Shown here in pieces: positions 1-13,109 of a DNA stretch of 64,000 bases; position 1 is the stretch's first letter; the number at the start of each line of letters is the position of its first letter. Source of the stretch: Trichinella spiralis (Eukaryota); NCBI RefSeq assembly GCF_000181795.1, contig NW_003526943.1, positions 10,598,789-10,662,788 on the forward strand, given 5' to 3'. The notes under the pieces are model-generated. The model was not told the DNA's origin. It worked only from the letters and a program-made list of their open reading frames with translations, and made no database searches. The translations under genes and the position numbers were made by a program.

Positions 1-2370
1 TTAAAATTCGTTTCACTGGTGTAACATTAATTTTTAAGTTGCCGCATAACTTTGAACAGTATATTGTAATTTGAAATTATCCATTTTTGCAACTGTTTAA
101 ATATTACATCAATAAAAAATATTAGTAGCATTAAACGTAAATAAATGAAATTTATGCGTATGTATAATGGGAGAAATGCATAACACTCCAAAATATTTAC
201 AATTTTTCAAAACAGAAGAAAAATATGCATGCAATATTATCAATTGCAAAACGAAGCTTATAAGAGATCAGTCAGTTTTGTTAATAATAAAATTCATAAC
301 TTACATCAGTTAACTTTCTTTTATTCAACAACTGAAGAGTTATGAGAAGTTAATAAAACCATAATCAATTAAATTATTTTTCCACTTTCAGCATTTTTCA
401 GTGGCATTTCAACAAATGACGCGAGGAAAGATAACAGAGATAATTTTTCACAGATATTTTTTATATCACAATAATGTGCCACAATGTTGCATTATTTTCA
501 TTCGTATATACATGTAAAAAGTTTAAAAGTAATGAATAAAATTAAATAAAATGAAAACAGTCGCAAATGGAAAAAAAATAGCTATTTTGATCTGTTATTC
601 GAATTATTTGAAACCGCAAACCGATTAATCAACTAACATTAGTAATAGACTATTTTGTATTTTGAAAATGTCAACTTAAGAAACGTTCGATAATTAATTT
701 GAAAGCACACAAAATATTCAAATTAAAACTAGTGTTTTTACTTTTAAAAGTTAAAGTTAATTTAAAGTAATGTTTAGTTTAAAAAACAGTTTAAAATAAA
801 AAACTCACTTTTCAGCGCGCTCGATTATTTTTGCATTCAGATGTGGCGAATTGTGAAGCAAATTAAATTGAGCAAATGTTCTCTAGAATGGCATTATCAT
901 TAGCATAAATAATACCAAGTAGATTCATTGAAATTTTATTTCCAGCTCAGCTGTGTGTTCATTTGGTGAAATAAAATGCGACAAAGACAAGAGTAGGAAA
1001 TCAATACAAGTCTAACAATAAATAATGCTTCATCAGTCGAATTCTTTCTATTCTACAAATAAACATTATTCAGAATCAATTTTCGCTTCTTTTTTGTAAC
1101 ATATAAAAAATATTCTTTTATTGTGCATCGGCAGAAAATTTAAAATAGAAAGTTTTCAAAAATTACTTCACTTGGATAATTTGCCATTCAACGCTAACGT
1201 TTTTGGTAAAATGCAAAATAATTTTGCTGCATAAGTAAGCAGAAATGCATAATGTGATGCAAATAAATTTATTTACATTTACATTTTGATCACTGTTCAA
1301 TTAATTAAATTCAATAAAAACTTGAAATCATCGACTAATATTTGCATGACTTTTGTTTATTTCAAAAATTACATTCTCATGCTGTGCGCATTGTATTTAA
1401 CCAAAATAGCAATGCAAAATTGCACTTTCCATTTTTCCCTTTCATAACAAAAGGAACAATCAATTATACAAAACTGGCAAACCTATGACTTTGTCAATTA
1501 TGAATTTTATTTATAAAAAATGATATTTATAAATTTTATTTAAATTTTATAAAATTTCTATGCAATTTTTGTTGTTGAAAACATTTTTTTGACTGTTTGA
1601 ATACTACATTTACATGTGAAAATTATATTAAATAAAACAAATCTCATTACTTTTGTAATGTAACTTTTTCTTTTAACACAAACATTTTCGATTTCTACAA
1701 CAATTTACAATTAACGACATCAAACTGAAATCTTGCATACAATGCTAAAATAAATCGATGCATCATAATATACAAGTCAACATGAAGAACACTATTATAT
1801 ATGAAATGATAAACGCCGTGAAATAAATCAATATATATGTTAATTTCAAAATTCAAGTTTAAATAAAAAACAACAACATGCATTGCACTGTATAATATAT
1901 TTGCTAATATTCAAATCATCAGTGATTCACAAAAACTGTAGAACACCAAATTTCAAACGTAAAAGAATTCATCAATGCCTTTTCTTATTTACTTACTTTT
2001 ATTTTAAGCAGTTTCATTTTGATTTCAAACGTATTTAAACAGTTCATTCCACGTGTTCCTGGTAATTTCATTTACGATTCGCTGCTTCATCAGAATACAC
2101 CAACTGCAAACTCAAATGTGCAAAATAACCAAATATTGCCTGATCGAAGTTATAGATATAAATGTGCGCTATTAAAAAAAAAGATAAAAATGGCCTCCTA
2201 AAAGTGTTCAATATGAAACTGCCATTATAGTAAGCTGTAAATTATAGAAAGCTGCTGACAACAGTGATTAATTTCTTGATTGATGCAAAACCATATATAA
2301 CGTTTACTTCTGCTTCGTATGAATTGAACAAATAATCATTTTCTGCCATCAGAACAAAAAAAATGATTCG

Positions 2371-5175
2371 TCAAATTTTTCTCTGCGACGCTTGCAATGC
2401 TTGGTCAAGATCAGCTATCAAATCTTCAATATCTTCCAAGCCAACGCTGAGTCGTAAAAGATTGTCTGAAATGCCCAACTCGTCACGTGATTCTTTCGAA
2501 ACTGACGCATGCGTCATTAAAGCACTAAACAAAGTTTTAGTTGTGAGGAAGTTGGCAAGGAAGAGAGGAATAGCAAAAAAGAAATTTCATATACGGATGT
2601 TCTGCTAAACTTTCATATCCTCCCAGAGATTCAGCTAAAGCGAATATCTGCAATATGAATTTTCACGCTTGTTGATGCAAATAAAACCAACAGCTTACTT
2701 GAAGAGATTTGAGAAATGTTTTCGATGCTTCCAAATCACCTTTAATGTAAAATGAAACCATACCACTCATACCTTTTGTCTGCTTTTGGTGTATTTCATA
2801 TTCCGGATGTGATGGCAATGCTGGATAAAGCACTTTTGTCACGAGAGGATGCTTTTCGAGGAATTTCGCCACTGCGAGACCATTCTCGTAATGACGTTGC
2901 ATTCGAATATGAAGCGTCTTGATGCCACGATTTACCAGAAAACAATCAAATGCTGATGGTACGGCACCCACGGCTAAAATTAGATCAACATTTGTAAATT
3001 TTCAAATACATCACCCACCAATATTTTCTTTTATTCAAACTATCCTTTAAACAGTTCAATTTATTTTGCACTATTTGCATATTATTTTTAAAAATATTGT
3101 TAAAATATGAACTTTATACATTACTATTTAAAATTTTTACGTTATGCATTTATTAAAGATTATATGTATATGTAAATTCTTATCGCACATCAGTTTCAAT
3201 ACGTTGTCAATTTTACATTGTCACGTGTAAAACGTAAATTAAATTAAACGTTTAATATTTAAAATTTCTTCACATACCCAACTGTTGAAATTCCAAGTGT
3301 TCAGCAATTTGCTTATCATTTGTACAGACACAACCCATGACAACGTCCGAATGTCCTGTAAAAAAAGAAAATGTACATTGATCATTTTGAAAATAAAATG
3401 TTTTGCTCAATAAATCTAAAAAAAGAACCATTTATGTATTTCGTTATTGAATGGATGACCATATCTGCACCAAGATCTAGAGGTCTCTATAAGCATATTA
3501 TTAATTAAACGAAAATGTTATCTTGCCTAATAGATCAACCTGAAAATATGGTGACATGAAAGTGTTGTCCACAACTGTGTAAACTCCGGGGAACTTCTTC
3601 ACCTCAGAGCAGACAGCTGCTATGTCAGTTATACGTAAAAGAGGATTTGATGGGGACTCAATCCAAACTAACTATAACAAATAAATAAATAAATAATACA
3701 AATAAATGCTAAAACAACTAAACAAACTATTTGAAACAAACAATACAACGTCAAGCATGATGCATAAATGTTATGGAAATAAGGAAGAAATTATTACTTT
3801 AATTCCATGTTCTTCAATAAATTTTCCAATATTTTCTGCACTGAGAATTGCTCGAACGCATTTAATTCCAGCTCTGGAAACGATGCGATTCAAAAATCTA
3901 ACCGTCCCACCGTACATGTCGTTGCACGCAAGAACAGTATCACCAACGGTCAACAAGCTCACAACCGCCGCAGAAGCCGCAAGTCCACTAGAGTAAGTGC
4001 TACCTGAAAAGCTTTATTTTTCTTTAATTCCAATTTAATCATTAACATTTTTTATAAATTAATATATACATATGCATGTAAACTTTCTTACAATGCTTTG
4101 CTGCTTCCAATGAAGCTATGCATAATTCCAAAGAAACTCTGGTAGCATTCCCAGCTCTTGAATAGTCGAAACTCTAAAATAAAACAATTTTCACAAACAA
4201 ATAAAATTTTCTTATCAATTTACAATTATTATATAATTTGAGCATATAATTAAAAAAAAAGAAATATCAAATGATACTTAAATTGCAAAAACAATCTCAA
4301 CAAAATTAAAAAGCTCTTTACTTAACCCGTCTAAGTCACTTTTCATTGATTTATGGATTTACTTTTTAAATGCAACTTGTGCAGTGAAATAAAAATAATT
4401 GATTTTAAAGTACAATTTTGCAAACATTATTTTTAAATTTTTTTTAAAGTAAATAGTATTTAATCGGCAAAGAAATAAAAGCACAATTAACATGCTAATT
4501 AAAAAACCAATTAGCAAAGTGTAAAACTAATAATAAATCGTTATAATAATGGATATACAGAAAGCAAGTTAATTTTCAAATCAACATCAAATCTTCATAA
4601 AATAAATTATGCTGCACAATACTATTAAATTGAACACTGACTATTTCATGCAAAACATATTTACTTTACATTCATAAAAGATAAACAAACGAACAAAAGC
4701 ATGCAAACAGTTAACAATACTATTATTATTATTATGCAACTAATATTTGTCATAAATCACTTGTAATTAAAAATGATTTGCAGCTTGCTAGTTAGCATAT
4801 TAATCACATCACTTACAATATGAATTGATTAACAAAATAGAAAATCCAGAAAAATAACTTTAAAATATTAATAAATTTTGCATATTGGACAGAATTGATT
4901 AAATTCACACGACATTAATATTATTGGCAAATAAAAGTTCACTCTGTATTTTGGTAATGCATTACATTTCAATAACACGCTATAATTTCAAATCGAACAG
5001 AAAAACTGTCATCTAACGTAATATCATTAAAAATTCATACTTTTGGTTCACCAGGTGCAGGTTGCTTAAATGTTGTGGCTAAACAAATAGGAGGTACAAC
5101 TTCATGATGTGCCCATTGTTCTGGTTCTTGTCCAACATGAAGAGCGTCAGTAGCAAAATGGGAAAACGTAGACAT
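2371..5175 (-). CDS. CTH: Cystathionine gamma-lyase (PLP-dependent transsulfuration enzyme), multi-exon
   Basis: Spliced exons give [85 protein letters not shown]-lysine motif [40 protein letters not shown] and [23 protein letters not shown] at 5175, TGA at 2373-2371. Confidence 0.96.
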
Positions 5176-6106
5176 TAAAGTCCAACAATCTAGAAGGAAT
5201 GAATAGATATGCAAATTATGTTTCATACAACATTCAGTACATTCAACGCTCGATAAAAATAAAAGTTTCATATAATCAATTTTTTATTAGTAAGTAAGGT
5301 TAATTGATAGCAGTTTATAATTCATTTTTCAATGCTTGTTATTTCTTAACTCACTAATATATTTCCATAAATGATCAACATGATTATACTTAATTTCATA
5401 AAATTTATTTCCAAATAGTTCAACAGTTTAACAATTCAACACTAAACAGTTGAATATTACACTGTTGAATAATTTTAAAGATGAAATTCATTTCAAATAC
5501 TACTGACATTTTCATGACAGCAGTCCACATTTATTTAGGTTATACTGAGAAAGAATAACCAAAAAAAAATATTACTGACAAATTATGAATCATATATTTC
5601 AGATAACTTGAAAATTACATATTTTAAACTACTGAGAAATAAAAAGAAGGACAGTGTGATAAATGAATGTTTCATTTTGATTATATTAATCAACATTACG
5701 AATGTCATGCCAAATTCAAATCTAAATGTATGCTACAAATGTAAAATGTAAAATGAATATGATATTTTGCTGTTAAAGCAACACTAACATGTAAAAAAAA
5801 TTTTCGATTTAAAAGTAGCTCAGAAATAACTGACTATTTATTTAATCACATTGTTTCCATGGCATTTACTAAACTGCTGTTGAAATTACTTGAAATTATT
5901 TCTGAGAAATATTACACAGAAACATTACACACGCAAAAATACATACCTGAACAAATGCAAATTATTTCAAATTAATTATTTCTACCCTAATTGTATAATA
6001 TCTGATGAGAATAATTCAAAGTACAACTGCTTCGACAAAAATAACGTACCAACTTCTGCTGAGAATAGTATTAATGAATAAAGCGCAAATTAAAAAAAAA
6101 ACATAC

Positions 6107-6261
6107 CTACTTATTAATGAAAATAACCTTAAATAGAACTGTCAAAGAAGTGCTTTATAATAGGCACTACTGTTTGTTTAAATAAATGATGAAACAGGGA
6201 CTTAAACATTATTAATTAAAGAACATTTATATGACGTAGTGGATTTGTATACACATGACGT
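6107..6261 (-). promoter_or_regulatory. Putative CTH core promoter and first non-coding exon
   Basis: Minus-strand TATAAA at 6159-6154 and a splice donor (AG|GTATGT) at 6106. TGATGAAAC at 6187-6195 and two ATGACGT motifs at 6231 and 6255 lie just upstream. A 5'UTR acceptor sits near 5190. Confidence 0.4.
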
Positions 6262-6897
6262 TGATCTGTAATCATAAAGATATGAATGTAGAATTTATTT
6301 AGTCATTCAATATTTTCCCCAAATTTGTTGTATCGAATGAAACAAACGAAATTATTCAATTCAGATATTAGACATATAAGAAGAAAAACTGAATAAATAA
6401 ATTGAATCATTGAATTCCATTACTTCAACTTCACTTGGCTGATTTATTTCAATAATTTTCAATTCTGCACAAAAAAATTTCATGCAATGAATGCCTCAAA
6501 TCCATTTTAAATATAGGAATATTTTTGAAGTTTACAATACTTTAAATTGATCTCATGCTAACAAATAAAACATTATTTAATGATAATTTAAATATTCTAT
6601 TACAGTAATCAAGTATATTCAGAAAATGTTTCAATTATTACACTCCGTTGTTAAATATCATGCATATGTTTATCTTTGTATAACTATTTATAATAAAACA
6701 TTTTACGCGATGTTATTAAGATAAAATATATATTTAAAATATTTAAGGTTTAAATTTGTATTGTCAGAGCATTTCTCTTCAATTTAGAAGGTAATACCTA
6801 ATTTTTTATACGTACAGTATAGATTGGTGAAAAGGTAATTTTGAAACTTTGTATTCAAGAAGATTTTTTAGGTTATTGTTGGATTTTTATCACAACC

Positions 6898-9800
6898 ATG
6901 CCAGAGATAAAGATTGTTCCACTTGGTTAGTGTTAATATATTTTACATTAGTTTTGGCGACTGGCATACATTTATTCATGTTTCTGTTTTGAAACTTTTG
7001 ACGTATTAAATTTTACGTTTTATTAACTTAACACAGGAAATTTTTATATTCATATAAAACACATTGTTGATAGGGCAGATGAATGTAATTTTCGCACCCA
7101 GTAAATTAATAATACGACTAATAATATGTTGTACCTTCTGTTCAACTTGAAATTAAGTTTTTTGCAAATATTTTTGAATTTTGTTCTACAGCGATTTCAG
7201 TAACAGCTTTTTCCAGTTTATTCCAATATTATAATAATGAAAAACGATTTTTGATAGCATGTGATTATGTTTCTTTAGTTGTATTTATTTTTATATCTTT
7301 GTTGATGTATTTTCTTGCAATATTTGTAATTCTCAATCACTTTTATTTATAATAAATGTTTAGTTACACATATGCTTTTAAAACGCTTTTAAATTCTTAT
7401 TGCTATCAGTAAAATTTTGTTGATGCAATTGAATGACAAGGGTGAATGTGATGAATAAATAATCTTCATTTTAATACAGGTGCAGGCCAAGAAGTTGGTC
7501 GAAGTTGTATTCTTGTCACTATTGGAGGAAAGAATGTCATGCTAGATTGCGGAATGCATATGGGTTTTAACGACGAAGTATTCTTTCATTTTTAATATTC
7601 TTTGTTTTTTGAATTTTAATTTTGATATATATTTTATTTTTATTTAATGAACTTTGTTTCTATTTAAATAATAATTTACAAAGATTGCTTAATATTGTAG
7701 CGTCGATTCCCAGATTTCAGCTATATTACTCAGAAAGGAAAATTGGACGACTTTATTGATTGTGTAATTATCAGGTATATTATTTTGAATTAGGTTTGAT
7801 TATTTTGAGCATTGAATATTTTTTTATGAATTTTAAGTCATTTTCATCTTGATCACTGTGGTGCTTTGCCTTACATGACCGAGATGGTTGGTTATAACGG
7901 CCCAATTTACATGACCATACCAACCAAGGCAATTGTGCCTGTGTTACTTGTAAGAAGAATTTAATTTGTTGTTATGTGACAATTAATTTAACAATGCTAT
8001 GTTTTTATAGGAAGATTTTAGGAAAGTTCAAGTTAAGTATCGAAATGATCCTTTTATTTTTACTTCAAACATGATCAAAGATTGCATGAACAAAGTGAAA
8101 ACGATCAGCTTGCATGAAGAGCTTATGGTATGCAATGTTGAATTATATTTTTATGCCAAACAATAATTGCTAAAGTAAAACTGCAGTAATGAACTGTTGT
8201 GTAACGTTTGCATTTGAAGAATTGTTTGGTGATTAGGTTATTAAGTTGTTTTTGATGCTATTCTGGACATTTAAGCCTTTTAAAATTTGATTAACTTTCC
8301 ACTTATATTTTACATTATTTTGATAAATAAATAAATATGTGTGTATGTATGTATATATGTATGTATACATGTATTACTGTTTTATGTTGACAACCAATTG
8401 AGAATCAAACCATATTATGCTGGTCATGTATTGGGCGCAGCAATGTTTGAAATTAGAGTTGGTCACGAATCTGTTGTATATACGGTAGTCATAATTAATT
8501 GAATTACCATTTATAGAATTACGATGCTGTCCGCTTTTAGGGGGATTTCAATATGACACCAGATCGACATCTGGGTCCAGCGGAAATTGACCGCTGCAGA
8601 CCAGACGTGCTGATCTCCGAGTCTACATATGCGACGACCATTCGTGATTCAAAAAGAGCTCGAGAAAGGGATTTTTTGAAAAAAGTGCATGATTGTATAA
8701 ATAATGGTGGAAAAGTTTTGATTCCAGTTTTTGCGTTGGGTCGAGCTCAAGAATTATGCATCTTGCTCGAATCATACTGGGAGCGTATGAATTTGAGCAT
8801 TCCGATTTACGTATCGAAGGGAATGGCAGAAAAAGTAAGTAGAATTTTGTTATCTGTTGTGTCGTGCATTAGTGGATTGATTTTGTCAGGCTGTCGATTA
8901 TTACAAATTATTTGTCACTTGGACAAGTGAGAAAATTAAGAAAACATTCGTGAAAAGAAATATGTTTGACTTCAAGCATGTATTGGTAAGTTGTTGGAAG
9001 CATTTTTTATTGTAATAACACATATGCATAACACTGCATCGGCTATTTTAATACTGGCATTAATTATTACATTTAATTTTTTTAGCCATTTGAAGATTCA
9101 TTTGCTGACACTCCAGGTCCAATGGTTGTGTTTGCTACTCCTGGAATGTTACATTCTGGACAATCGTTGAAAATTTTCAAAAAATGGGCTACCAATGAGA
9201 AAAATATGGTTATCATGCCTGGCTATTGTGTTCAAGGTACAGTGGGATCAAAACTGATAGCTGGAGTGCGGAAGTTGGATTTGGAAAACGGCGCTACAGT
9301 AAGTGTGACAATTGGTGGTAGTAGTGTAAAATTCGAATTAAAAAAGTTTTTTTTTCTTTTATTTAACAGTTGGAGGTTAAATTGTCTGTGGAATACATGT
9401 CATTCAGTGCGCATGCCGATTCCAAAGGCATTGTTCAGTTGATTCGAAACTGCGACCCCAGGCATGTGCTTTTCGTGCATGGTGAAGACTCTAAAATGGA
9501 ATTTTTAAAGCAAAAAGTCGAACGTATGCTGTGTAAGTTTTTGTTTCATATTCCTGCTAATTCATTTTGCATTTTCTGCTATTGTTGTCATTATTATTGT
9601 AGCGATCCCTGTGTTGAAGCCTCGAAATGGACAAAACGTGGCAGTGAACACGATTCCATCTATCGTCATCGAGACGTCGCCGCAGTTGTTGAAAGATTCA
9701 TTGTCGAACTTCAATCATCCAGTTGATCCAGACATATTTCAAGCTAGTCTATTTGTTGACAAAAATTTGAAAAGTATAGAACTATTACGAAGCGACGAAG

Positions 9801-10156
9801 TGCTCAAAAGAATGGAATGGGAACCACATCAAGTTGAGTTTATTCTTGATGTGGGTGTCTGCGAGGGTGGTTTAAATTGCTTGCTAGAACAAATTCAGCA
9901 GGAAATGTATGAGTAAGTGAATTTTTTCAAATATCCATATTATGTGATTATTTTCAATCTGATGATTTGTAGAACTGGTCGATTTCGATCCCAATTCAAA
10001 TCTGGAACCAATGACCTCATCATAGACAATGAGGTGATTTTGAGTGTTTATAGCGAGAAAGAGTTACGTGTGGTCTTTCAGAGGGGAAAAATAGGTATGG
10101 TAACAAAGATCATGAAGATTCTTAAAGACTGCACAACGTTGAGTTTATCTCCTTAG
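6898..10156 (+). CDS. INTS11: Integrator complex subunit 11 (CPSF73-like MBL/beta-CASP endonuclease), multi-exon
   Basis: Spliced product [128 protein letters not shown]. The MPEI start and NMTPDRHLG indicate INTS11 rather than CPSF73. Confidence 0.95.
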
Positions 10157-10383
10157 AAAAATGTTCAGCTTAAAAATTATATATCTATATATATAACTAT
10201 ACATTTATTTAATATGAACTTTTAATAAAATATTGAAATAAATTTCATGAAATATTTTAAATTTGTTTACTATACGAATGAAAATGACCACAGGATGAAA
10301 TCTTGAACTTTATTATCTTTTACCTGCATTAGTCTATTACAGTAGAATAGCTGGAGGTCAGTAGTTGTCTTGTCTCGTTCGAA

Positions 10384-11783
10384 ATGCCAATTTTCACAAT
10401 AATTACAAATAAAAAAACTGCACCGAAAGATTTTCACCGATTGCTAACAGATCTGTTGGCGGAATTGCTGAAAAAACCGAAAGAGGTATGCATTTATATT
10501 GATTTCATTTCCACTGATATCGCACTTTTTTGATTTAACTCTATTCTGCGTCATATTATACATGATCCGATTTATATAGCATTACAAATTAAACGTTCAT
10601 GGTGAAACTAATAAATACATTAATAGCATCCAATAAATATATTAGTGCAGTGGTTTCCAGCGTTCTGGGTACTGTGACCTACTTTTCAAACAACTAGTTT
10701 TCGCGTCCCACGTAGCATTATTAAACACGAAAGACTGATTTGCTTCGAGCATTTTGGTGTTATCAAGTTCATTAATGCATTATTATTCATAATGGAGCAG
10801 ATGAGAGTGAGAGAAGGATGGGCTTTTTTCGTTTCGGGTTGCCTTTATCACGGCACATGGCCCAGTGGCGTCTGTACAAACTGTGACCCAACTGCGTCAT
10901 GTTATTCATTTACATTAGGCTGACCTTTGTCTTTTATGAAGACGTTTAGCTTGTTGATGATTTTTTTTGCCTCGAAAGCCGTGACTTACCACAACTTATC
11001 TCACTACCCACCAATTTCACGAATCACGACTCAGTTCGTGAACCACTGTATTAGTGTATTTTTCAATACTGTTTTGTAAAAAACATTTATAGCTATGTAT
11101 TTACTAATGGAAGAATTCATTTATCATTTTTAACGTTTATTAAAGTTAAATTATCATCCTTACGGTGTTTGCTGAACTACATATAACTAACAAATTTTTA
11201 AATCACTGAGAAATTTTATGACGTTTCATTAAATGAACAGCTAGTGGTGGTTGATTTATTGCTTGATCAAAAAATGGAATTTGGCGGCGCTGATGATCCT
11301 TGTCTGATTGGCGTAGTTCGAGCGGTTGGAAGAATCAGTGCAGAAGAAAATGCACAATATGCCGAAAGATTGAGTGAATTTCTACATCAGCAATTAGGCA
11401 TTCTTCCACAACGGTGAGACACTATATAAGTAAAACGTTCTTTAAATAACTCCTTTAAATCTTAATATACGCTTAAACTGCAATTTATTTTTTACATTAA
11501 AAAAATATAAAATCATTGGTAAAAAAGAGAAAATAAATAAGTTAACTTGAATTTTAGCTTGTTTACAGTTTCTTCCAGGACTATATTTTAATCTCTCATA
11601 TGTAAATTTATTTCCCACTTTGCGGTAGAAATATAAGTGTATTAGAATGATGCAATTTTGTGACCTCTCACTGATGAGTAAAATATGTAGAAATGAACCT
11701 GCTTTTTCTTTTTTAGAATGTACATACGGTACTTGAATATGGACGGCTTTTACGTTGGATGGAGTGGCTGTCTGCGAGCGTAG
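10384..11783 (+). CDS. MIF/D-dopachrome tautomerase family protein, divergent paralog (113 aa; exons 10384-10485, 11241-11413, 11717-11783)
   Basis: Spliced: MPIFTIITNKKTAPKDFHRLLTDLLAELLKKPKELVVVDLLLDQKMEFGGADDPCLIGVVRAVGRISAEENAQYAERLSEFLHQQLGILPQRMYIRYLNMDGFYVGWSGCLRA. It has the N-terminal Pro, KP, FGG..P and VGW motifs, canonical splice sites and a 173-nt middle exon. Confidence 0.93.
10648..11048. mobile_element. Non-autonomous hAT-type DNA transposon (MITE, 401 bp) in intron 1 of the MIF-like gene
   Basis: Termini CAGTGGTT...AACCACTG are inverted repeats, flanked by a perfect 8-bp target-site duplication TATTAGTG (10640-10647 and 11049-11056). Confidence 0.85.
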
Positions 11784-12030
11784 ATCTTAGAAAGGAAGAA
11801 TATTATGAAAGTTAATGTCATATTAGCTAAATACTTATGAACTTTCTTTTATAATTTTTATTTATTCCTGAACTTCCTTTCTATCAGTTTGTGTATCCAA
11901 TAAAATAAAATATGCTGTAATTATCACAGTTTGTGCATTTTCTGATTATAAGCGTGGTTTCACGGGAATATATTTATCAGCTTTTTTCGATGCGCTTCAA
12001 ATAATTTAAATTTTCGATTGTTAGTGAAAA

Positions 12031-12480
12031 ATGCCGATTTTTACTCTGAACACAAACATCAAAGCTACCGATGTTCCGTCGGACTTTTTGTCCAGCACAA
12101 GCGCACTTGTTGGTAATATATTATCAAAACCAGGAAGTGTAAGATCTTTTTGCCGTATATTGCGCGAGCTTTGAATTTTATGAACATATATTTCAGTATG
12201 TAGCTGTGCACATCAACACAGATCAGCAGTTGTCGTTTGGCGGAAGTACAAATCCTGCTGCATTCGGTACTCTGATGTCGATTGGTGGAATAGAACCAAG
12301 CAGAAATCGTGATCATTCGGCCAAACTGTTTGATCATCTTAACAAAAAATTGGGCATTCCAAAGAATAGGTAATAGCGACAAACAATTGACAATGTTTCG
12401 AAAGAGATCGTTTCAGAATGTATATCCATTTCGTCAATCTGAACGGAGACGATGTTGGTTGGAACGGTACTACATTCTGA
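12031..12480 (+). CDS. MIF: Macrophage migration inhibitory factor (114 aa; exons 12031-12138, 12197-12369, 12417-12480)
   Basis: Spliced: MPIFTLNTNIKATDVPSDFLSSTSALVGNILSKPGSYVAVHINTDQQLSFGGSTNPAAFGTLMSIGGIEPSRNRDHSAKLFDHLNKKLGIPKNRMYIHFVNLNGDDVGWNGTTF, recognised as Trichinella MIF. Confidence 0.97.
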
Positions 12481-13109
12481 TCGAATTGATTGATGATGAT
12501 GAAAAGAAAAAATTAGATTTATGTTACCGTAGCTTTTCAGTATATTTTTTTTAGTGTGAATGATTTGGTATTGGTGAAAATTGGGTGTTTATTTAATGAA
12601 TAGTCAGAAATTGAATAACTTGCGATTGATTTGCATGAACTTGACAATTAGTGATTAATAAATATACATGTTACAAAGTGAAAAAATGATGCGAAATTGT
12701 TCAGTTTACGTTAAAATGTTATTTTGAAGCTGTAAAATAACATTCAACATTTACTTAAAAAAACATATATACATTTAATTTCAATAAAATTATTAGTATA
12801 TCCTGCTGTAATTGTTTAAAATAAAAGTAAACAAATTGCTTTTTATTTAATAAGTAATAACAGTCTGCATTTTGCAATGTAGTAAAAGTATCCAGTTCAA
12901 TTCGGCTCGACTGAAAGCATTAATTACCACTATTTGTCAAATGAATAAACTGATATAGATACTTGTTGAGAAATCTTTTCTCTATACTTGCTCATCAATT
13001 TTTAAACTCCCTACGATCAAAATATTGTTTACTGCAACCAAACAATGGTGACGCAATGTAAGCTGACACCCTTGTTTTTCTTGACGGTGCACAATGGAAT
13101 GGCAGTGAA

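Noticed and set aside
1..2300. AT-rich segment with isolated minus-strand donor-like sites (~303, ~806)
   Set aside because: No coherent coding exon chain; probably CTH 3' flank plus non-coding sequence of a gene outside the window.
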